Counted from the stretch's first letter, positions 51,446 through 61,640 are shown. The stretch is DNA of 64,000 nucleotides from Thermoplasmatota archaeon (GCA_038046785.1 JBBSVM010000001.1:75665-139664); one strand, 5' to 3'. Notes: a model not told the origin generated them from the sequence alone. Numbers and translations: made by a program.

Positions 51446-51922
51446 TTGGAGGGGGTTCTTGATGATTGTCCTCCTTCCCTCCGCGTGGCTCGCTCCTTTC
51501 GCCTCGGACTGCGCGACCGTGACACTTGGCTGACGGTGCTGGTCGTGGCGTCGGCTCTCGCTGTTTTCGTGGCGTCCTGGATGTGGGCAAACCGTGGCGG
51601 GTTGGGGCCACTTACGCTTCTGCTTCCGTTCATCGTTTTTCTGCCGGCCGGCCTTCTGGCGCCCCGGCGCTGGCTGGCAATCTGGCTTACCACGACAGCG
51701 GGCGTCGGTTTGGTTTCCTACATCGCAGGCGAGGTGGCCGTCGAAATCCGGAACTGCGCGCCACGCGCCCTTCATTGCGACGAGGGCGGGTTCGCCGTCG
51801 TCCTGTTCGGAGTCTTCACCATCCTGGCCGGCTGCAGCGTGCTCTGGGGTTCCCTGTTGCGCATCGGCTTGCGTCGGCGTCGGCGCGGCTTAAATCAGGC
51901 CGCCGAGTGGCCCCCGACATGA
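51446..51922 (+). CDS. membrane protein, hypothetical
   Basis: Four TM helices. The stop overlaps the gcvH start (ATGA), which supports translation. The 5' end (TTG 51446) is uncertain. Confidence 0.5.
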   Translation: MEGVLDDCPPSLRVARSFRLGLRDRDTWLTVLVVASALAVFVASWMWANRGGLGPLTLLLPFIVFLPAGLLAPRRWLAIWLTTTAGVGLVSYIAGEVAVEIRNCAPRALHCDEGGFAVVLFGVFTILAGCSVLWGSLLRIGLRRRRRGLNQAAEWPPT

Positions 51923-52302
51923 GCAACACGCCGGCCGACCTCCTCTACTCCAAGAGCCACGAATGGGTCCGCATCGAGGGCCAGACGGCGACCATCGGCA
52001 TCACCGACCACGCTCAAGAAGCGCTCAACGACATCGTCTACGTCGAACTGCCGAAGAAAGGCGAATCGTTCGAACTGGAAGCGGAGTTCGGCGTCGTCGA
52101 GTCCGTGAAGTCGGTCTCCGACCTCTACATGCCCATCGCCGGCACCGTCCTCGACGTCAACGGCAGCCTGGACGACGCCCCGGAGACCCTGAACGAGGAC
52201 CCGTACGGCAAGGGCTGGCTCATCCGCGTCAAACTCAAGGACCCGGCGCAGGCCAAACAGCTGCTCTCCGCCGCCGGCTACCTCGCAACGCTGGGCAACT
52301 GA
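51919..52302 (+). CDS. gcvH: glycine cleavage system H protein
   Basis: Lipoyl-lysine block VESVKSVSDLY and YSKSHEWV. Confidence 0.9.
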   Translation: MSNTPADLLYSKSHEWVRIEGQTATIGITDHAQEALNDIVYVELPKKGESFELEAEFGVVESVKSVSDLYMPIAGTVLDVNGSLDDAPETLNEDPYGKGWLIRVKLKDPAQAKQLLSAAGYLATLGN

Positions 52303-52357
52303 GTCGCCAACCCCTCCGCCGCGAGGGCTTAAGGCGCGTTCCGGGGTCGCGCGGCCG

Positions 52358-53710
52358 ATGCACCTGATCCCCAACCACGCTCTCGAGGCCGAGATGGCCG
52401 CCGCGGCGGGCGTGCGCAGCGCGAAGGAGCTCTTCTCGGAGATTCCCGCCAGCCTGCGCATCGCGGGGCTCAAGCTGCCGACTGCGGAGCCGGAGCGGCA
52501 CATGGCGCGCCGGCTGCGCACGCTGCTTGCCAAGAACCACTCCTACGAGCGCATGCCGAACTTCCTCGGCGGCGGCCACAAGCCGCAGCTCGTCCCCGCC
52601 GCCGTGCGCGCCGTCGCCCACCGCCAGGAGTTCATCACGAGCTACACGCCGTACCAGCCCGAGGTGAGCCAGGGCCTCCTCCAGGTCATCTTCGAGTACC
52701 AATCGCTCATGTGCGACATCACTCGCATGGAGGTCTCGAACGCGGGCATGTACGACCAGCCCACGGCGCTCGGCGAGGCCGCCCTCATGGCAACGCGCGT
52801 CAACGACCGCATGCGGTTCCTGGTTCCTGAGCACCTGAGCTGGGAGAAACACAGCATTCTGCGCAACTACACCGTCGGCCCCGGCATCCAGCTCGACACG
52901 TATGGCTACGACCCGGTAACGGGCCGCAGCGACCTCGCGAGCCTTGCCGCAAAACTCGGCCCCGATGTCTCGGGCGTCTACCTCGAGAACCCCAACCATT
53001 TCGGCGTCTTCGAGGAGGAGGCCAAGAAGGTCGGTGAACTCGCGCACGCCGCCGGCGCCCTCTTCGTCATGGGCGTCGACCTGACCGCGCTTGGCGTCTC
53101 GGCCCCGCCCGGCAACCTCGGCGCCGACATCGTCGTCGCGGAGGGATCCTGCTTCGGCGGCGCCCCCGCCCTCGGCGGTCCGCTGCTTGGCACCATGCTC
53201 AGCACGGAGGCCATCGTGCGCAAGATGCCCGGCCGCATCATCGGTGCCACGAAGGACGAGTCCGGCAAACGCGGCTTCGTCATGACGTTGCAGGCGCGCG
53301 AGCAGCACATCCGCCGCGCCAAGGCGACCTCGAACATCTGCTCGAACGAGGCGCTGATTGCCAACCAAGCCGCCATCCACCTCACGATGCTCGGCCGCAC
53401 CGGCCTGCGCACGATGGGTCTGCAGAACCTGGAGGCGGGCGCCAAACTGGAGCAGGCGCTTGCCGCCGGAGGGCTGACGCGTCGATTCACGGGCGCCATC
53501 TACAACGAGGTTGTCACGCAAGTCGCCGACCCGAAGGCCTTCCACGAGAAGGCGCTCTCGCTTGGCGTCCACGCCGGACACCCCCTCGTCGCCGATGTCG
53601 CAGCCCTTCGCAACTGTCTGCTCTGGGGCAGCACGCCCATCCACAACGACGAGGATTATGCTCGCCTTGCCGCCGCGGTCAAGCCCGACCTCAAGGCGGT
53701 GAAGGCATGA
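52358..53710 (+). CDS. gcvPA: glycine dehydrogenase (decarboxylating) subunit 1
   Basis: Full-length GcvPA-like sequence (SYTPYQPEVSQG). Confidence 0.9.
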   Translation: MHLIPNHALEAEMAAAAGVRSAKELFSEIPASLRIAGLKLPTAEPERHMARRLRTLLAKNHSYERMPNFLGGGHKPQLVPAAVRAVAHRQEFITSYTPYQPEVSQGLLQVIFEYQSLMCDITRMEVSNAGMYDQPTALGEAALMATRVNDRMRFLVPEHLSWEKHSILRNYTVGPGIQLDTYGYDPVTGRSDLASLAAKLGPDVSGVYLENPNHFGVFEEEAKKVGELAHAAGALFVMGVDLTALGVSAPPGNLGADIVVAEGSCFGGAPALGGPLLGTMLSTEAIVRKMPGRIIGATKDESGKRGFVMTLQAREQHIRRAKATSNICSNEALIANQAAIHLTMLGRTGLRTMGLQNLEAGAKLEQALAAGGLTRRFTGAIYNEVVTQVADPKAFHEKALSLGVHAGHPLVADVAALRNCLLWGSTPIHNDEDYARLAAAVKPDLKAVKA

Positions 53711-55233
53711 GCGCCTCCCCACTGGCCCTTAAGACCCCGACACCGGGCGTGAGTCTGATGGTGATTCCGCACGAGGTGCCTCTCGTCGTCGAAGAGGCGC
53801 GCCCCGGCCAGACCGGCACCTACCAGGGACCCGCGGACGAGCGCCTCGCCGCAAGCCGCGTTCCCAAGGCGCTGCAGTGGAGCCCCGGAAACGAGCGCGA
53901 CTTCGGCCTCAGCGAGCCGCAGACGGTCGCCCATTTCACCAAGCTCTCGCAGAAGAACTTCGGCAATGACACGGCGCTCTACCCGCTCGGCTCCTGCACG
54001 ATGAAGCACAACCCGAAGGCGTGCGACGAGATGGGCACGCTCTCCACGGTCAACCTGATCCACCCCGGCCAGGACGCGCGCACCATCCAGGGCAGCCTGG
54101 AGATTTTCTGGGAGCTGGAACGCTGGCTCGCCGAGGTCACCGGCATGGACGCCGTGTCGCTGCAACCCGCCGCCGGCGCGCAGGGCGAGTTCCTCGGCCT
54201 GCTCGTCATGCGGGCCTACCATGACTCGCGCGGCGAAGGCCACCGCGACGAGATTGTCCTGCCCGACACGGCGCACGGCACCAACCCGGCCACGGCGTCG
54301 ATGGCGGGCTACAAGGTCGTGGAGATTCCAAGCGGCCCCGACGGCCTCGTCGACCTCGCAGCACTCAAGGCGGCCGTTGGCCCCAAGACAGCCGGTTTCA
54401 TGCTCACCAACCCGAACACGGTGGGCATCTTCGAGAAGAACATCCAGACGGTCGCCAAGATCATTCATGACGCGGGCGGCCTTCTGTACTACGATGGCGC
54501 CAACCTCAACGCCATCACAGGCCAGGCGCGCCCTGGCGACATGGGCTTCGACGTCGTCCACATCAACTTGCACAAGACGTTCGCCGTGCCGCATGGCGGC
54601 GGCGGACCCGGCTCCGGCCCCATCGGGGTCAAGCGTCGCCTCGAGCCGTTCCTGCCGGTGCCGCGCATCATCAAGCGCCCCGGCATCGGCTTCGACGCGG
54701 AGGGCATGGACAAGCACCCGCAATCGGTGGGCAAGATCAAGGCGGGCTACGGCCAGGGCGCGGCACTCGTGCGCGCCTACAGTTACATGTGCATGCTCGG
54801 CGGCGAGGGCATCGCGCGCGCAGCCGAAATTGCCTGCTTGAACGCCAACTACGTCAAGGCAAAACTCGCCGGGACCCTCGACTTCCCGCACCCCGGCCGG
54901 TCGATGCACGAGTTCGTCGCTTCCGCGTCGGGTCTCAAGAAACGCACCACCATCACGGCGGGCGATGTCGGCAAGCGGCTCCTGGACTACGGCCTGCACG
55001 CTCCGACAGTCTACTTCCCGCTCTTGGTGCCCGAGGCCATCATGTTCGAGCCGACCGAATCCGCCACCAAGGCGGAGCTGGACCGGTTCATCGCCGCGGT
55101 CCAAGCCATCGCCGCAGAAGACCCCGCCATCGTCCACGCCGCTCCGCACACGACGCCCGTGAAACGGCTCGACGAGGCGCTCGCCGCGAAGAAACTGGTT
55201 CTGCGCTGGCACACCCTCGACCGACTCGGTTGA
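53707..55233 (+). CDS. gcvPB: glycine dehydrogenase (decarboxylating) subunit 2
   Basis: PLP-lysine region NLHKTF. ATGA overlap with gcvPA. Confidence 0.9.
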   Translation: MSASPLALKTPTPGVSLMVIPHEVPLVVEEARPGQTGTYQGPADERLAASRVPKALQWSPGNERDFGLSEPQTVAHFTKLSQKNFGNDTALYPLGSCTMKHNPKACDEMGTLSTVNLIHPGQDARTIQGSLEIFWELERWLAEVTGMDAVSLQPAAGAQGEFLGLLVMRAYHDSRGEGHRDEIVLPDTAHGTNPATASMAGYKVVEIPSGPDGLVDLAALKAAVGPKTAGFMLTNPNTVGIFEKNIQTVAKIIHDAGGLLYYDGANLNAITGQARPGDMGFDVVHINLHKTFAVPHGGGGPGSGPIGVKRRLEPFLPVPRIIKRPGIGFDAEGMDKHPQSVGKIKAGYGQGAALVRAYSYMCMLGGEGIARAAEIACLNANYVKAKLAGTLDFPHPGRSMHEFVASASGLKKRTTITAGDVGKRLLDYGLHAPTVYFPLLVPEAIMFEPTESATKAELDRFIAAVQAIAAEDPAIVHAAPHTTPVKRLDEALAAKKLVLRWHTLDRLG

Positions 55234-55351
55234 GGGCCCGCGCAGGGGCTCAAATGCGGTTGCGCAAGCCAGACAGGCCCCTTCGGGTCGGTCCGGGGGG
55301 TTTGGAAACGGTCATCTCCCCCATCGGTCTCCACGCGCCGTTCAGCCTGCG

Positions 55352-56524
55352 ATGACGAAGCTTCGCGTCGGATTGCTCGTGAACCCGGTTGCCGGTCTCG
55401 GGGGCCCTGCCGCCTTCAAGGGCTCCGACGGTCACTGGAAAGAGGCGCTCGCCGCCGGTTACCTCCCAACCGCGCCGGAGCGAGCGCGCAAGTTCGTCGA
55501 GCTCGTCGGCGACGCGGTCGAGTGGTGGACCGTTCCTGGCGCGATGGGCGGCGACCATGTGCGGCAGGCACGCCTTGTCCTCACCGATGCTGCCTTCACG
55601 ATGGGCGCGACCAGCAGCGACGACACCGTGCGAGCCGCACAAGCGCTCGTGGCCGCCAAACTGGACCTCATCTGTTTCCTGGGCGGGGACGGCACCGCCA
55701 CCGACCTGTCGCGTGCCGTCGGAACAACGCAGCCGACTCTCGGTGTGCCGGCCGGCGTCAAAATCACCAGCCCCGTCTACACCCACGATGTCGCCGAGGC
55801 GGCCTGGCTCGTGGCGCAGTTGCGTCCCGGCTTCGAGACCATCCTGCGCGACACCACCGACCTCGACGAAGAGGCATACCGGGCCGGCGACGTCGACATC
55901 ACGCTGACGGGCAACCTGCGCGTCCCGCTCAGCCCCGCCATCCAGGACGGCAAGGTGGCCACCGCAACAGAGACACCGCTCGGCCCGCTCGTCGAGCAGC
56001 TCCTGCGCGAGTGGGACTCCGAGGCGCTCACGTTCGTCGGCGCCGGCTCCGTCTGCCAAGCGGTGAAGGCGCAGTTCTGGGGCAAGCCGACGCTGCTCGG
56101 CGTGGACGCCATCCTCGGCTCCCGCATCGTCCAGGCGGACCTCGACGCGCACCGCATCGAGGCGCTCGTCGCCGAGCAGAAGGCGAAGGGCGCCCCGCTG
56201 CGCATCATCCTCTCAACCATTGGCGGACAGGGCATGCTGCTGGGCCGCGGCACGCAGATGTTCACGCCCGCCATCCTGCGAAGTGTGGGCTGGGAGAACC
56301 TCAAGGTGGTCGCCCCGCCCGAGAAGCTGCTCGGCCTCAAAGGACTCCACATCGACACCGGCGATGCCGCCCTCGACGCCTCCGCGCCCAAGCACATCCG
56401 CGTCATCACCGGCTGGAACGAGACGCGGCTCCTGCGCCTGCTTGCCGGTGCGCGCGCCCCGCCCGAAGCCAACGGCAACGGGGACGCCAAAGCTGCTCCC
56501 GCGCCCACCCCGCCCACCCCGTAG
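55352..56524 (+). CDS. ATP-NAD kinase family protein
   Basis: GGDGT motif (FLGGDGTATD). N-terminus VGLLVNPVAGLGG. Confidence 0.65.
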   Translation: MTKLRVGLLVNPVAGLGGPAAFKGSDGHWKEALAAGYLPTAPERARKFVELVGDAVEWWTVPGAMGGDHVRQARLVLTDAAFTMGATSSDDTVRAAQALVAAKLDLICFLGGDGTATDLSRAVGTTQPTLGVPAGVKITSPVYTHDVAEAAWLVAQLRPGFETILRDTTDLDEEAYRAGDVDITLTGNLRVPLSPAIQDGKVATATETPLGPLVEQLLREWDSEALTFVGAGSVCQAVKAQFWGKPTLLGVDAILGSRIVQADLDAHRIEALVAEQKAKGAPLRIILSTIGGQGMLLGRGTQMFTPAILRSVGWENLKVVAPPEKLLGLKGLHIDTGDAALDASAPKHIRVITGWNETRLLRLLAGARAPPEANGNGDAKAAPAPTPPTP

Positions 56525-56559
56525 CGACGCTTTTTCACGCGGGCCCCCGTCGCGGCCGC

Positions 56560-56958
56560 ATGGATTTGGAGAGCGCCACCGCCACGCCGACCAGCCCCGT
56601 CGCCGTCACCATCCGGGCCCGTCACCACGCCATCGTGCAGGACAAGCCGGTCGCCTCGGGCGGCAAGGACGCAGGGCCGATGGCGTCCGAACTCCTGCTC
56701 GCCTCCCTTCTCGCTTGCCAGCACAGCACCTTCGTCAAAGTGGCGACCAAGCGCCGCGTCGTCGCCGCGGTCGCCTCGCTCGACGGCGAGCTTGCGTTCG
56801 CCAATGGCGACATTGCCGCGATCCGAGTCCACTTCGTCCTCGACGCCCCCGCTGCCACCGACGAACAGGTCGCGACCCTCCTGCGCCTCACCGACAAGGC
56901 GTGCACCATCAGCCAGGCGCTCAAGCTCCCCGTCGAGGCCCGCTTCACCCGCGCGTAG
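56560..56958 (+). CDS. OsmC/Ohr family protein
   Basis: 132 aa from in-frame ATG 56560. Two-Cys pattern (LLACQ...DKACTIS) typical of OsmC. Confidence 0.7.
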   Translation: MDLESATATPTSPVAVTIRARHHAIVQDKPVASGGKDAGPMASELLLASLLACQHSTFVKVATKRRVVAAVASLDGELAFANGDIAAIRVHFVLDAPAATDEQVATLLRLTDKACTISQALKLPVEARFTRA

Positions 56959-56998
56959 CCTCCCAAGCGCCTATCAGCAGGGCCGGTGTCGCCACGTT

Positions 56999-57667
56999 GT
57001 GCGCGTCGCCTTCGCCGTCGCAGCCATGGCGGCTCTCCTGCTGTCCGGCTGCGCCTCCGCCCCGCACCGCGTCACCGTCGCCCAGGCTGCCCTCGACGGC
57101 TCCGGCCTCGCCTGGACGCGCAGCGACCTCGCACCCGTCACGTCGGGCTGGTTCGGAGCCGGCCTCGTCGAAACGGACTACACCTTCTCGCCGGCGAACG
57201 AACCGCCCTATGCTGGACTGCTGCAGCTCTTCGGCCTTCGTGACGACATGCAGCACTCCACCACCGAACTGCTCGCCCTCGCACGCTCCAGCGTTGAGAA
57301 CGCCACCGCCGCCAACGGAATCGAAGTCGAAGGTGCTGCGACGGAAGGAAGCCGCACCCTGCGCAACGGGCTTGCCACCCGCTGGTTCACGCTGGAAGGC
57401 ACCGTCGTGGACGCGTCCGGGCTCTTCTCCCGCGAGACCCGCGTGCGCATCCTGGGTGAAACGGGCTACGACGCCGCAAGCAAGACGCACGTGGTCGCCG
57501 TCGCCATCGCCCAAGTGGATGCCACCACCTGCCCGCCCATTGTCGGGCCCTGCACGACCCGCACCGACTTGACCACCTGGACCAGCCTGGTTGGCGACAC
57601 GCGCGGCACCATCTCCAACGCCAAGAGCAGCCACGGACTCATCGACAACCTGGTGAGCCATGACTGA
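56999..57667 (+). CDS. lipoprotein, hypothetical
   Basis: GTG 56999. Lipobox LLSGC. Confidence 0.6.
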   Translation: MRVAFAVAAMAALLLSGCASAPHRVTVAQAALDGSGLAWTRSDLAPVTSGWFGAGLVETDYTFSPANEPPYAGLLQLFGLRDDMQHSTTELLALARSSVENATAANGIEVEGAATEGSRTLRNGLATRWFTLEGTVVDASGLFSRETRVRILGETGYDAASKTHVVAVAIAQVDATTCPPIVGPCTTRTDLTTWTSLVGDTRGTISNAKSSHGLIDNLVSHD

Positions 57668-58685
57668 ACCTTCCATCACCAAGCAGCCGCCCGTCGCGCG
57701 CTTTGCCGCCGGGCCGACCATCCGTGAATGGAGCCGCAAGAACGGATTCTCCGACTGGATGGTGGCGCGCCTCGTCCAGCTCACCGACCGCCCCAACGAC
57801 CTCCTCGAAGGTTTGCTCGCCAAGCCGCCGCGTTACATCCGCGCCAACCCGTTGCGCATCTCCGTTGAGGAGCTGAAAAAGCGGTTGGAGAACAAGAACT
57901 TCAGCGTCGCTCGCAACGAGCTCGACCCCAACGTGCTCAAGATTCGCCAGGCGCCCATGAGTCCGGGTGCAACCATCGAGCACATGCTGGGGATGAGCAC
58001 GCCGCAGGACCTTGCTTCTGCCTCTGCACCGCTCGCACTCGGGGCTCAACCCGGCGACATCGTCGCGGACCTCGCGGCGGCACCCGGCATCAAGACGCTG
58101 CACATCGCAGGCGACCTCGCGACCGGCCGGCGTGCGGAAGTTGGCGCCATCGTCGCGGTGGAGCCGGACAAGGAACGAATGCTGGGGCTGCGCTTCAATC
58201 TGGAGCGCTGCGGCGCGACGAGCGTCGTCCTGCGCCAGGAGCGCGCCCAGGACACGCCAGGCGAAGCGTGGGCCGACCGCGTCCTTCTCGACGCGCCCTG
58301 CACCGGCGAAGGGACCATCCCGAAAGACAAGAACCGCCGCTTTGCCAAGCCCGAAGAAATTTCCCAGAACGTCATTTTGCAACGCGAGCTGCTTGCTGCC
58401 GCCGACCGCATCCTCAAACCGGGCGGGACCTTGGTTTACGCCACCTGCACCTTTGCCCCCGAGGAGAACGAGGCGCAGCTCCAGACCTTGCTCGAGAAGG
58501 GCTACCGCATGGAGCCGCTTGACTTCGAATCGGTCGGCTCCGTCCCTCTCGCAAAGGGCGTCACGACTTGGCCCGGGTTCACGCTGGACTCGTCGCTCTC
58601 CAAGGCGCGCCGCTTCCTTCCGGGCATCCACCCGACGCTCGGCTTCTTCGTCGCCAAGCTCACGAAACGGGAGGGAGCGCCGTGA
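57660..58685 (+). CDS. RsmB/NOL1/NOP2/Sun-family RNA cytosine-C5 methyltransferase
   Basis: SAM site DLAAAPGIKT. Motif IV DAPCTGEGT and motif VI TCTFAPEENE. Confidence 0.85.
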   Translation: MTEPSITKQPPVARFAAGPTIREWSRKNGFSDWMVARLVQLTDRPNDLLEGLLAKPPRYIRANPLRISVEELKKRLENKNFSVARNELDPNVLKIRQAPMSPGATIEHMLGMSTPQDLASASAPLALGAQPGDIVADLAAAPGIKTLHIAGDLATGRRAEVGAIVAVEPDKERMLGLRFNLERCGATSVVLRQERAQDTPGEAWADRVLLDAPCTGEGTIPKDKNRRFAKPEEISQNVILQRELLAAADRILKPGGTLVYATCTFAPEENEAQLQTLLEKGYRMEPLDFESVGSVPLAKGVTTWPGFTLDSSLSKARRFLPGIHPTLGFFVAKLTKREGAP

Positions 58686-59197
58686 GGCTCGCCACCGTCG
58701 CGGAGGAGAACGCCCTGCTTGGCTTCCTGAACGCCATGGAGGAGGGTCTTGCGGACCGAGTGGTGGGCGACGGAGCCCTCGGCGTCGTCGAGCGCGACGG
58801 CATCCGCTTCGTTGTGGTGACCAGCCAACGCGTCGCGGGGCTTCCCGAAGCGCTGCTCGCAAACGCCCTCTCGGTCGGGCTGCCGCTCGGCGTCCTCGAA
58901 GGAGACGGCTTCCAACTCGACCTGCAAGGCGCGATGCGGGTCGCCAACCACACCAAGGCGCAAACGCTTCGCGTCACCGAACAGTCGGCGCAGCTGTTCC
59001 TGTACGGCCGCAACGTTCTGGGCGACTCCATTCTGTGGCATGAACCGAGCCTGCGGCGCGGCGACGCCTGCATCGTCTGCAACGGCCGCGGCGAGGCGCT
59101 TGGGCTCGGCGTCGTCGTCGGGCCCTTCAAAGGTCCGCGGCAAGCGGTGCGCCCGGTGCAGGACCTGGGAACCTACCTGAGGGACCAGCATGAGTGA
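58682..59197 (+). CDS. PUA-domain protein (NIP7/UPF0113-like)
   Basis: The GTG start overlaps the methyltransferase stop (GTGA). C-terminal PUA-like segment (GDACIVCNGRGEALGLGV). Confidence 0.65.
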   Translation: MRLATVAEENALLGFLNAMEEGLADRVVGDGALGVVERDGIRFVVVTSQRVAGLPEALLANALSVGLPLGVLEGDGFQLDLQGAMRVANHTKAQTLRVTEQSAQLFLYGRNVLGDSILWHEPSLRRGDACIVCNGRGEALGLGVVVGPFKGPRQAVRPVQDLGTYLRDQHE

Positions 59198-59600
59198 GCC
59201 GCCCGCCGCACCCAAACTGGAGTACACCGTCATCGTCGCGCTGCGCTCGGGACCCGCCGGCAAGGAGTTCCTCATGGTGCGCCACCGCGAGCGCGGCTGG
59301 GAACTGCCGGGTGGAAAACTTGAGCCAAGCGAAGGGCCGGTGCACTGCGCCCTGCGCGAGTTCCGCGAAGAGACCGGCCACCTGCTTGCCGCGCCGCATT
59401 ACGTCCTCAAACAGCGCAAGCCCAACGGCATCTGCCACGTCTTCACCGGCGGCCTTGGCGTCGCCGTCGAGGGCAAAGGGGCCGACGAGGCGGTGGCGGA
59501 GCACGCCTGGTTCAGCAAACTGCCGCGCGGCGAAGGTCTTGCGTTCCCAGACGATCCCTATGCCGAGATTGGGGCGAAGCTCGGCATCGACTTCGGTTGA
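59190..59600 (+). CDS. NUDIX hydrolase
   Basis: Nudix box GGKLEPSEGPVHCALREFREETG. Confidence 0.85.
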   Translation: MSEPPAAPKLEYTVIVALRSGPAGKEFLMVRHRERGWELPGGKLEPSEGPVHCALREFREETGHLLAAPHYVLKQRKPNGICHVFTGGLGVAVEGKGADEAVAEHAWFSKLPRGEGLAFPDDPYAEIGAKLGIDFG

Positions 59601-59607
59601 CCCGCAC

Positions 59608-60138
59608 TCAACCGTACAGGCTGCTCCACAAATCCGCGAACTCGTCCTTCAGATTGGGCGTCGGCTTGTAGGCGAGAAGAAGTGCGAGGAGACCGGGCCG
59701 GTCGGTCGGCTCGAAGCGCCCATCCGCATCCTTGCGCACGACGCCAGCCGCCTCCAGCTTGCGCAGGTGGAAGCTCAACTTGCTCTTGCCGAGGTCCAGG
59801 TCGTCGCAGATGCGCTTGTGCTGCAGTGGCCCCTCCTGATCGAGGAGATGAAGCGTGATTTGCAGCGGCAGCTTGGCGCGCAGCGCGGCAAGCTGATCGC
59901 GCTGCCGCGCCGTCGGAGCGGGACCATTCCCGGCCTCCCCCGCCGCGTAGAGCCGGACGTAGCGCTCGTCGCGCTCCTGACGCAGCAACCCGTTTTGCGC
60001 CAGGATGGCGATGTGGTACTCCACCAGCGCGACGGAGGTGTCGAGCTGGCGCGCCAACTCCCGCACGTGCAAGCCAGGGTAGGCCTGGATGGTCGCGACG
60101 ATGCGGCGGCGGATGTCGAGGTCGAGCAGCCTGCTCAT
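59608..60138 (-). CDS. ArsR-type winged-helix transcriptional regulator (two wHTH modules)
   Basis: The segments RRRIVATIQAYPGLHVRELARQL and HKRICDDLDLGKSKLSFHLRKLEAAGVV both look like ArsR HTH units. Confidence 0.7.
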   Translation of the reverse strand: MSRLLDLDIRRRIVATIQAYPGLHVRELARQLDTSVALVEYHIAILAQNGLLRQERDERYVRLYAAGEAGNGPAPTARQRDQLAALRAKLPLQITLHLLDQEGPLQHKRICDDLDLGKSKLSFHLRKLEAAGVVRKDADGRFEPTDRPGLLALLLAYKPTPNLKDEFADLWSSLYG

Positions 60139-60461
60139 TTCGACCTGCGCGCGAACGGCAGGAAGGGGGCGACCAGGCAGCCGACGATGGCGAGGTCGAA
60201 GGCGCTGTTGAGCACCTCAAGCGCGCCGTGCGTGAGCGGGAAGCTGGAGGGGTGGTCGAGGTGCTCCTGGCTCGGGTTGACGTAGAGGGCGTAGAAGGTG
60301 ATGAGACTCTTCACGCAAAACAGGACGAAGGCGGCCGTCACCCAGTTGAGCTGCGCCTTTCCGCTGGCGGTGCGGGCGCGGTAGGCGAGCACGGCGAGGA
60401 GGAAGCTCAGGAAGGCGACGCCTCCGACCAGGACCAGGGAGACGGTGGCGCTGTCCATCAT
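60135..60461 (-). CDS. membrane protein, hypothetical
   Basis: 108 aa from ATG 60461. Three TM helices. The stop overlaps the regulator start (ATGA). Confidence 0.55.
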   Translation of the reverse strand: MMDSATVSLVLVGGVAFLSFLLAVLAYRARTASGKAQLNWVTAAFVLFCVKSLITFYALYVNPSQEHLDHPSSFPLTHGALEVLNSAFDLAIVGCLVAPFLPFARRSK

Positions 60462-60501
60462 GGTGGACGGCGAGATGCAACCGGACTTATGAGGGCCCCG
60501 T

Positions 60502-61542
60502 TCAGCGGCGGCGCGCCAGGCCGGCAAGACCCAGCAGGGCAAGGCCAAGCAGCGGACCGACGCCGGGGGAGGCGACGCTTGCAGCCTGTTCGGCGCTCAC
60601 GACGAGGTCGCCCACGGTGAGTGTGCCGTCCGGTTGCAGCGTGAGGGGAAGGCGGCCGCCCACGTCGGTGAAGATGTCCAGTTCGAGCGGCCCGTTGCCG
60701 GAGCCAAGGTCGGCGTCGAGTGTGAATTCCAGGGAACCTTTGGCAGGGATGGAGGCGAAGGTGGTGCCTCCGAGCGTGTAGGTCCATCCCGCGACGTTGC
60801 GGGGCTGAACGTAGACGTGCTGTCCGCCATCCTTGAGCGCGCTGGTGGCGAGGATGATGTAGGCGCCGGGGCCGGTTGCGCGGGCGCTCGGGATGAGGTA
60901 GATGCCCGGGCCCTGGGCTGGAACCGAGGCGACGTTCACGCCTTCGTCAGCGATGGCGGTCGGGTCCTCGTAGAACAGGAGTCCATTGGTGCCGGGGATC
61001 GGGATGCCGCCCGGGGCGACGTCGCGCAGATCGCCGTCCTTGCGCGACTCCACGAGGCTCACGCCGATGGCGTCGCCGGGCTTGATTCCGACGCTTGCGA
61101 AGCTGGTGAAGGCGCGCAGGACGCTGGTGGAACGGGAGTCGGTCTCGACCTCGACGAGGAGGCTGTCGAAGTCGCTGCTGAACGCGACGCCGTCTGTCGT
61201 GGTGAGGGTGCGCTCGACCGGGCCTTGCGGCGTGGTGATGGTGAAGGTGACGGTCCAGGTGCCCTGGCCGACGGCGAGCGACTCCGCCATGAGGCCGTAC
61301 AGTTCGGCGCGCAGGTAGAAGCCGTCGCCTGCCGCACCGGAGCCGACGCTCGGGTCGTGCGCGAAGCCGATGAAGATGGCGTTGATGTCGAAGCCGCCGT
61401 ACGGCTCGATGGAGTCCGTGCCTTCGTCGCTGAGCAGGTACATCTCCAGCTCGTTCGCCTCGACGACGCCGTGAGCGCTGGCGGGGGGAACGGAGGCCAG
61501 AAGAGTCGTGGCCAGGAGGGCAACGATGAGCCGGATGCGCAC
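60502..61542 (-). CDS. secreted paralog 1 of an unrecognised surface-protein family, C-terminal TM/RRR anchor
   Basis: GTG 61542. Signal peptide ends PPASA/HG. C-terminus GPLLGLALLGLAGLARRR. Shares blocks with the two following genes. Confidence 0.65.
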   Translation of the reverse strand: MRIRLIVALLATTLLASVPPASAHGVVEANELEMYLLSDEGTDSIEPYGGFDINAIFIGFAHDPSVGSGAAGDGFYLRAELYGLMAESLAVGQGTWTVTFTITTPQGPVERTLTTTDGVAFSSDFDSLLVEVETDSRSTSVLRAFTSFASVGIKPGDAIGVSLVESRKDGDLRDVAPGGIPIPGTNGLLFYEDPTAIADEGVNVASVPAQGPGIYLIPSARATGPGAYIILATSALKDGGQHVYVQPRNVAGWTYTLGGTTFASIPAKGSLEFTLDADLGSGNGPLELDIFTDVGGRLPLTLQPDGTLTVGDLVVSAEQAASVASPGVGPLLGLALLGLAGLARRR

Positions 61543-61600
61543 GCCGCGCCATGAAGGACACCCTTGAAGAGCGTTGAGTCGGGGGACGCGGAGCGCAGCA

Positions 61601-61640
61601 CATTTTTGTTGTTCAAACAACGACAAAGGTTATGTTGCCC
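61601..61640. promoter_or_regulatory. AT-rich divergent promoter region with an imperfect palindrome
   Basis: CATTTTTGTTGTTCAAACAACGACAAAGGTTATGTTG is the only AT-rich stretch between the divergent paralog genes. GGTTATGT lies ~25 nt before GTG 61658, so a leaderless start is possible. Confidence 0.3.

Noticed and set aside
51397-51918. A glycine riboswitch or other leader upstream of the gcv genes.
   Set aside because: The region is occupied by a membrane-protein ORF that overlaps the gcvH start. I see no tandem aptamer-like conserved cores, and glycine riboswitches are bacterial.
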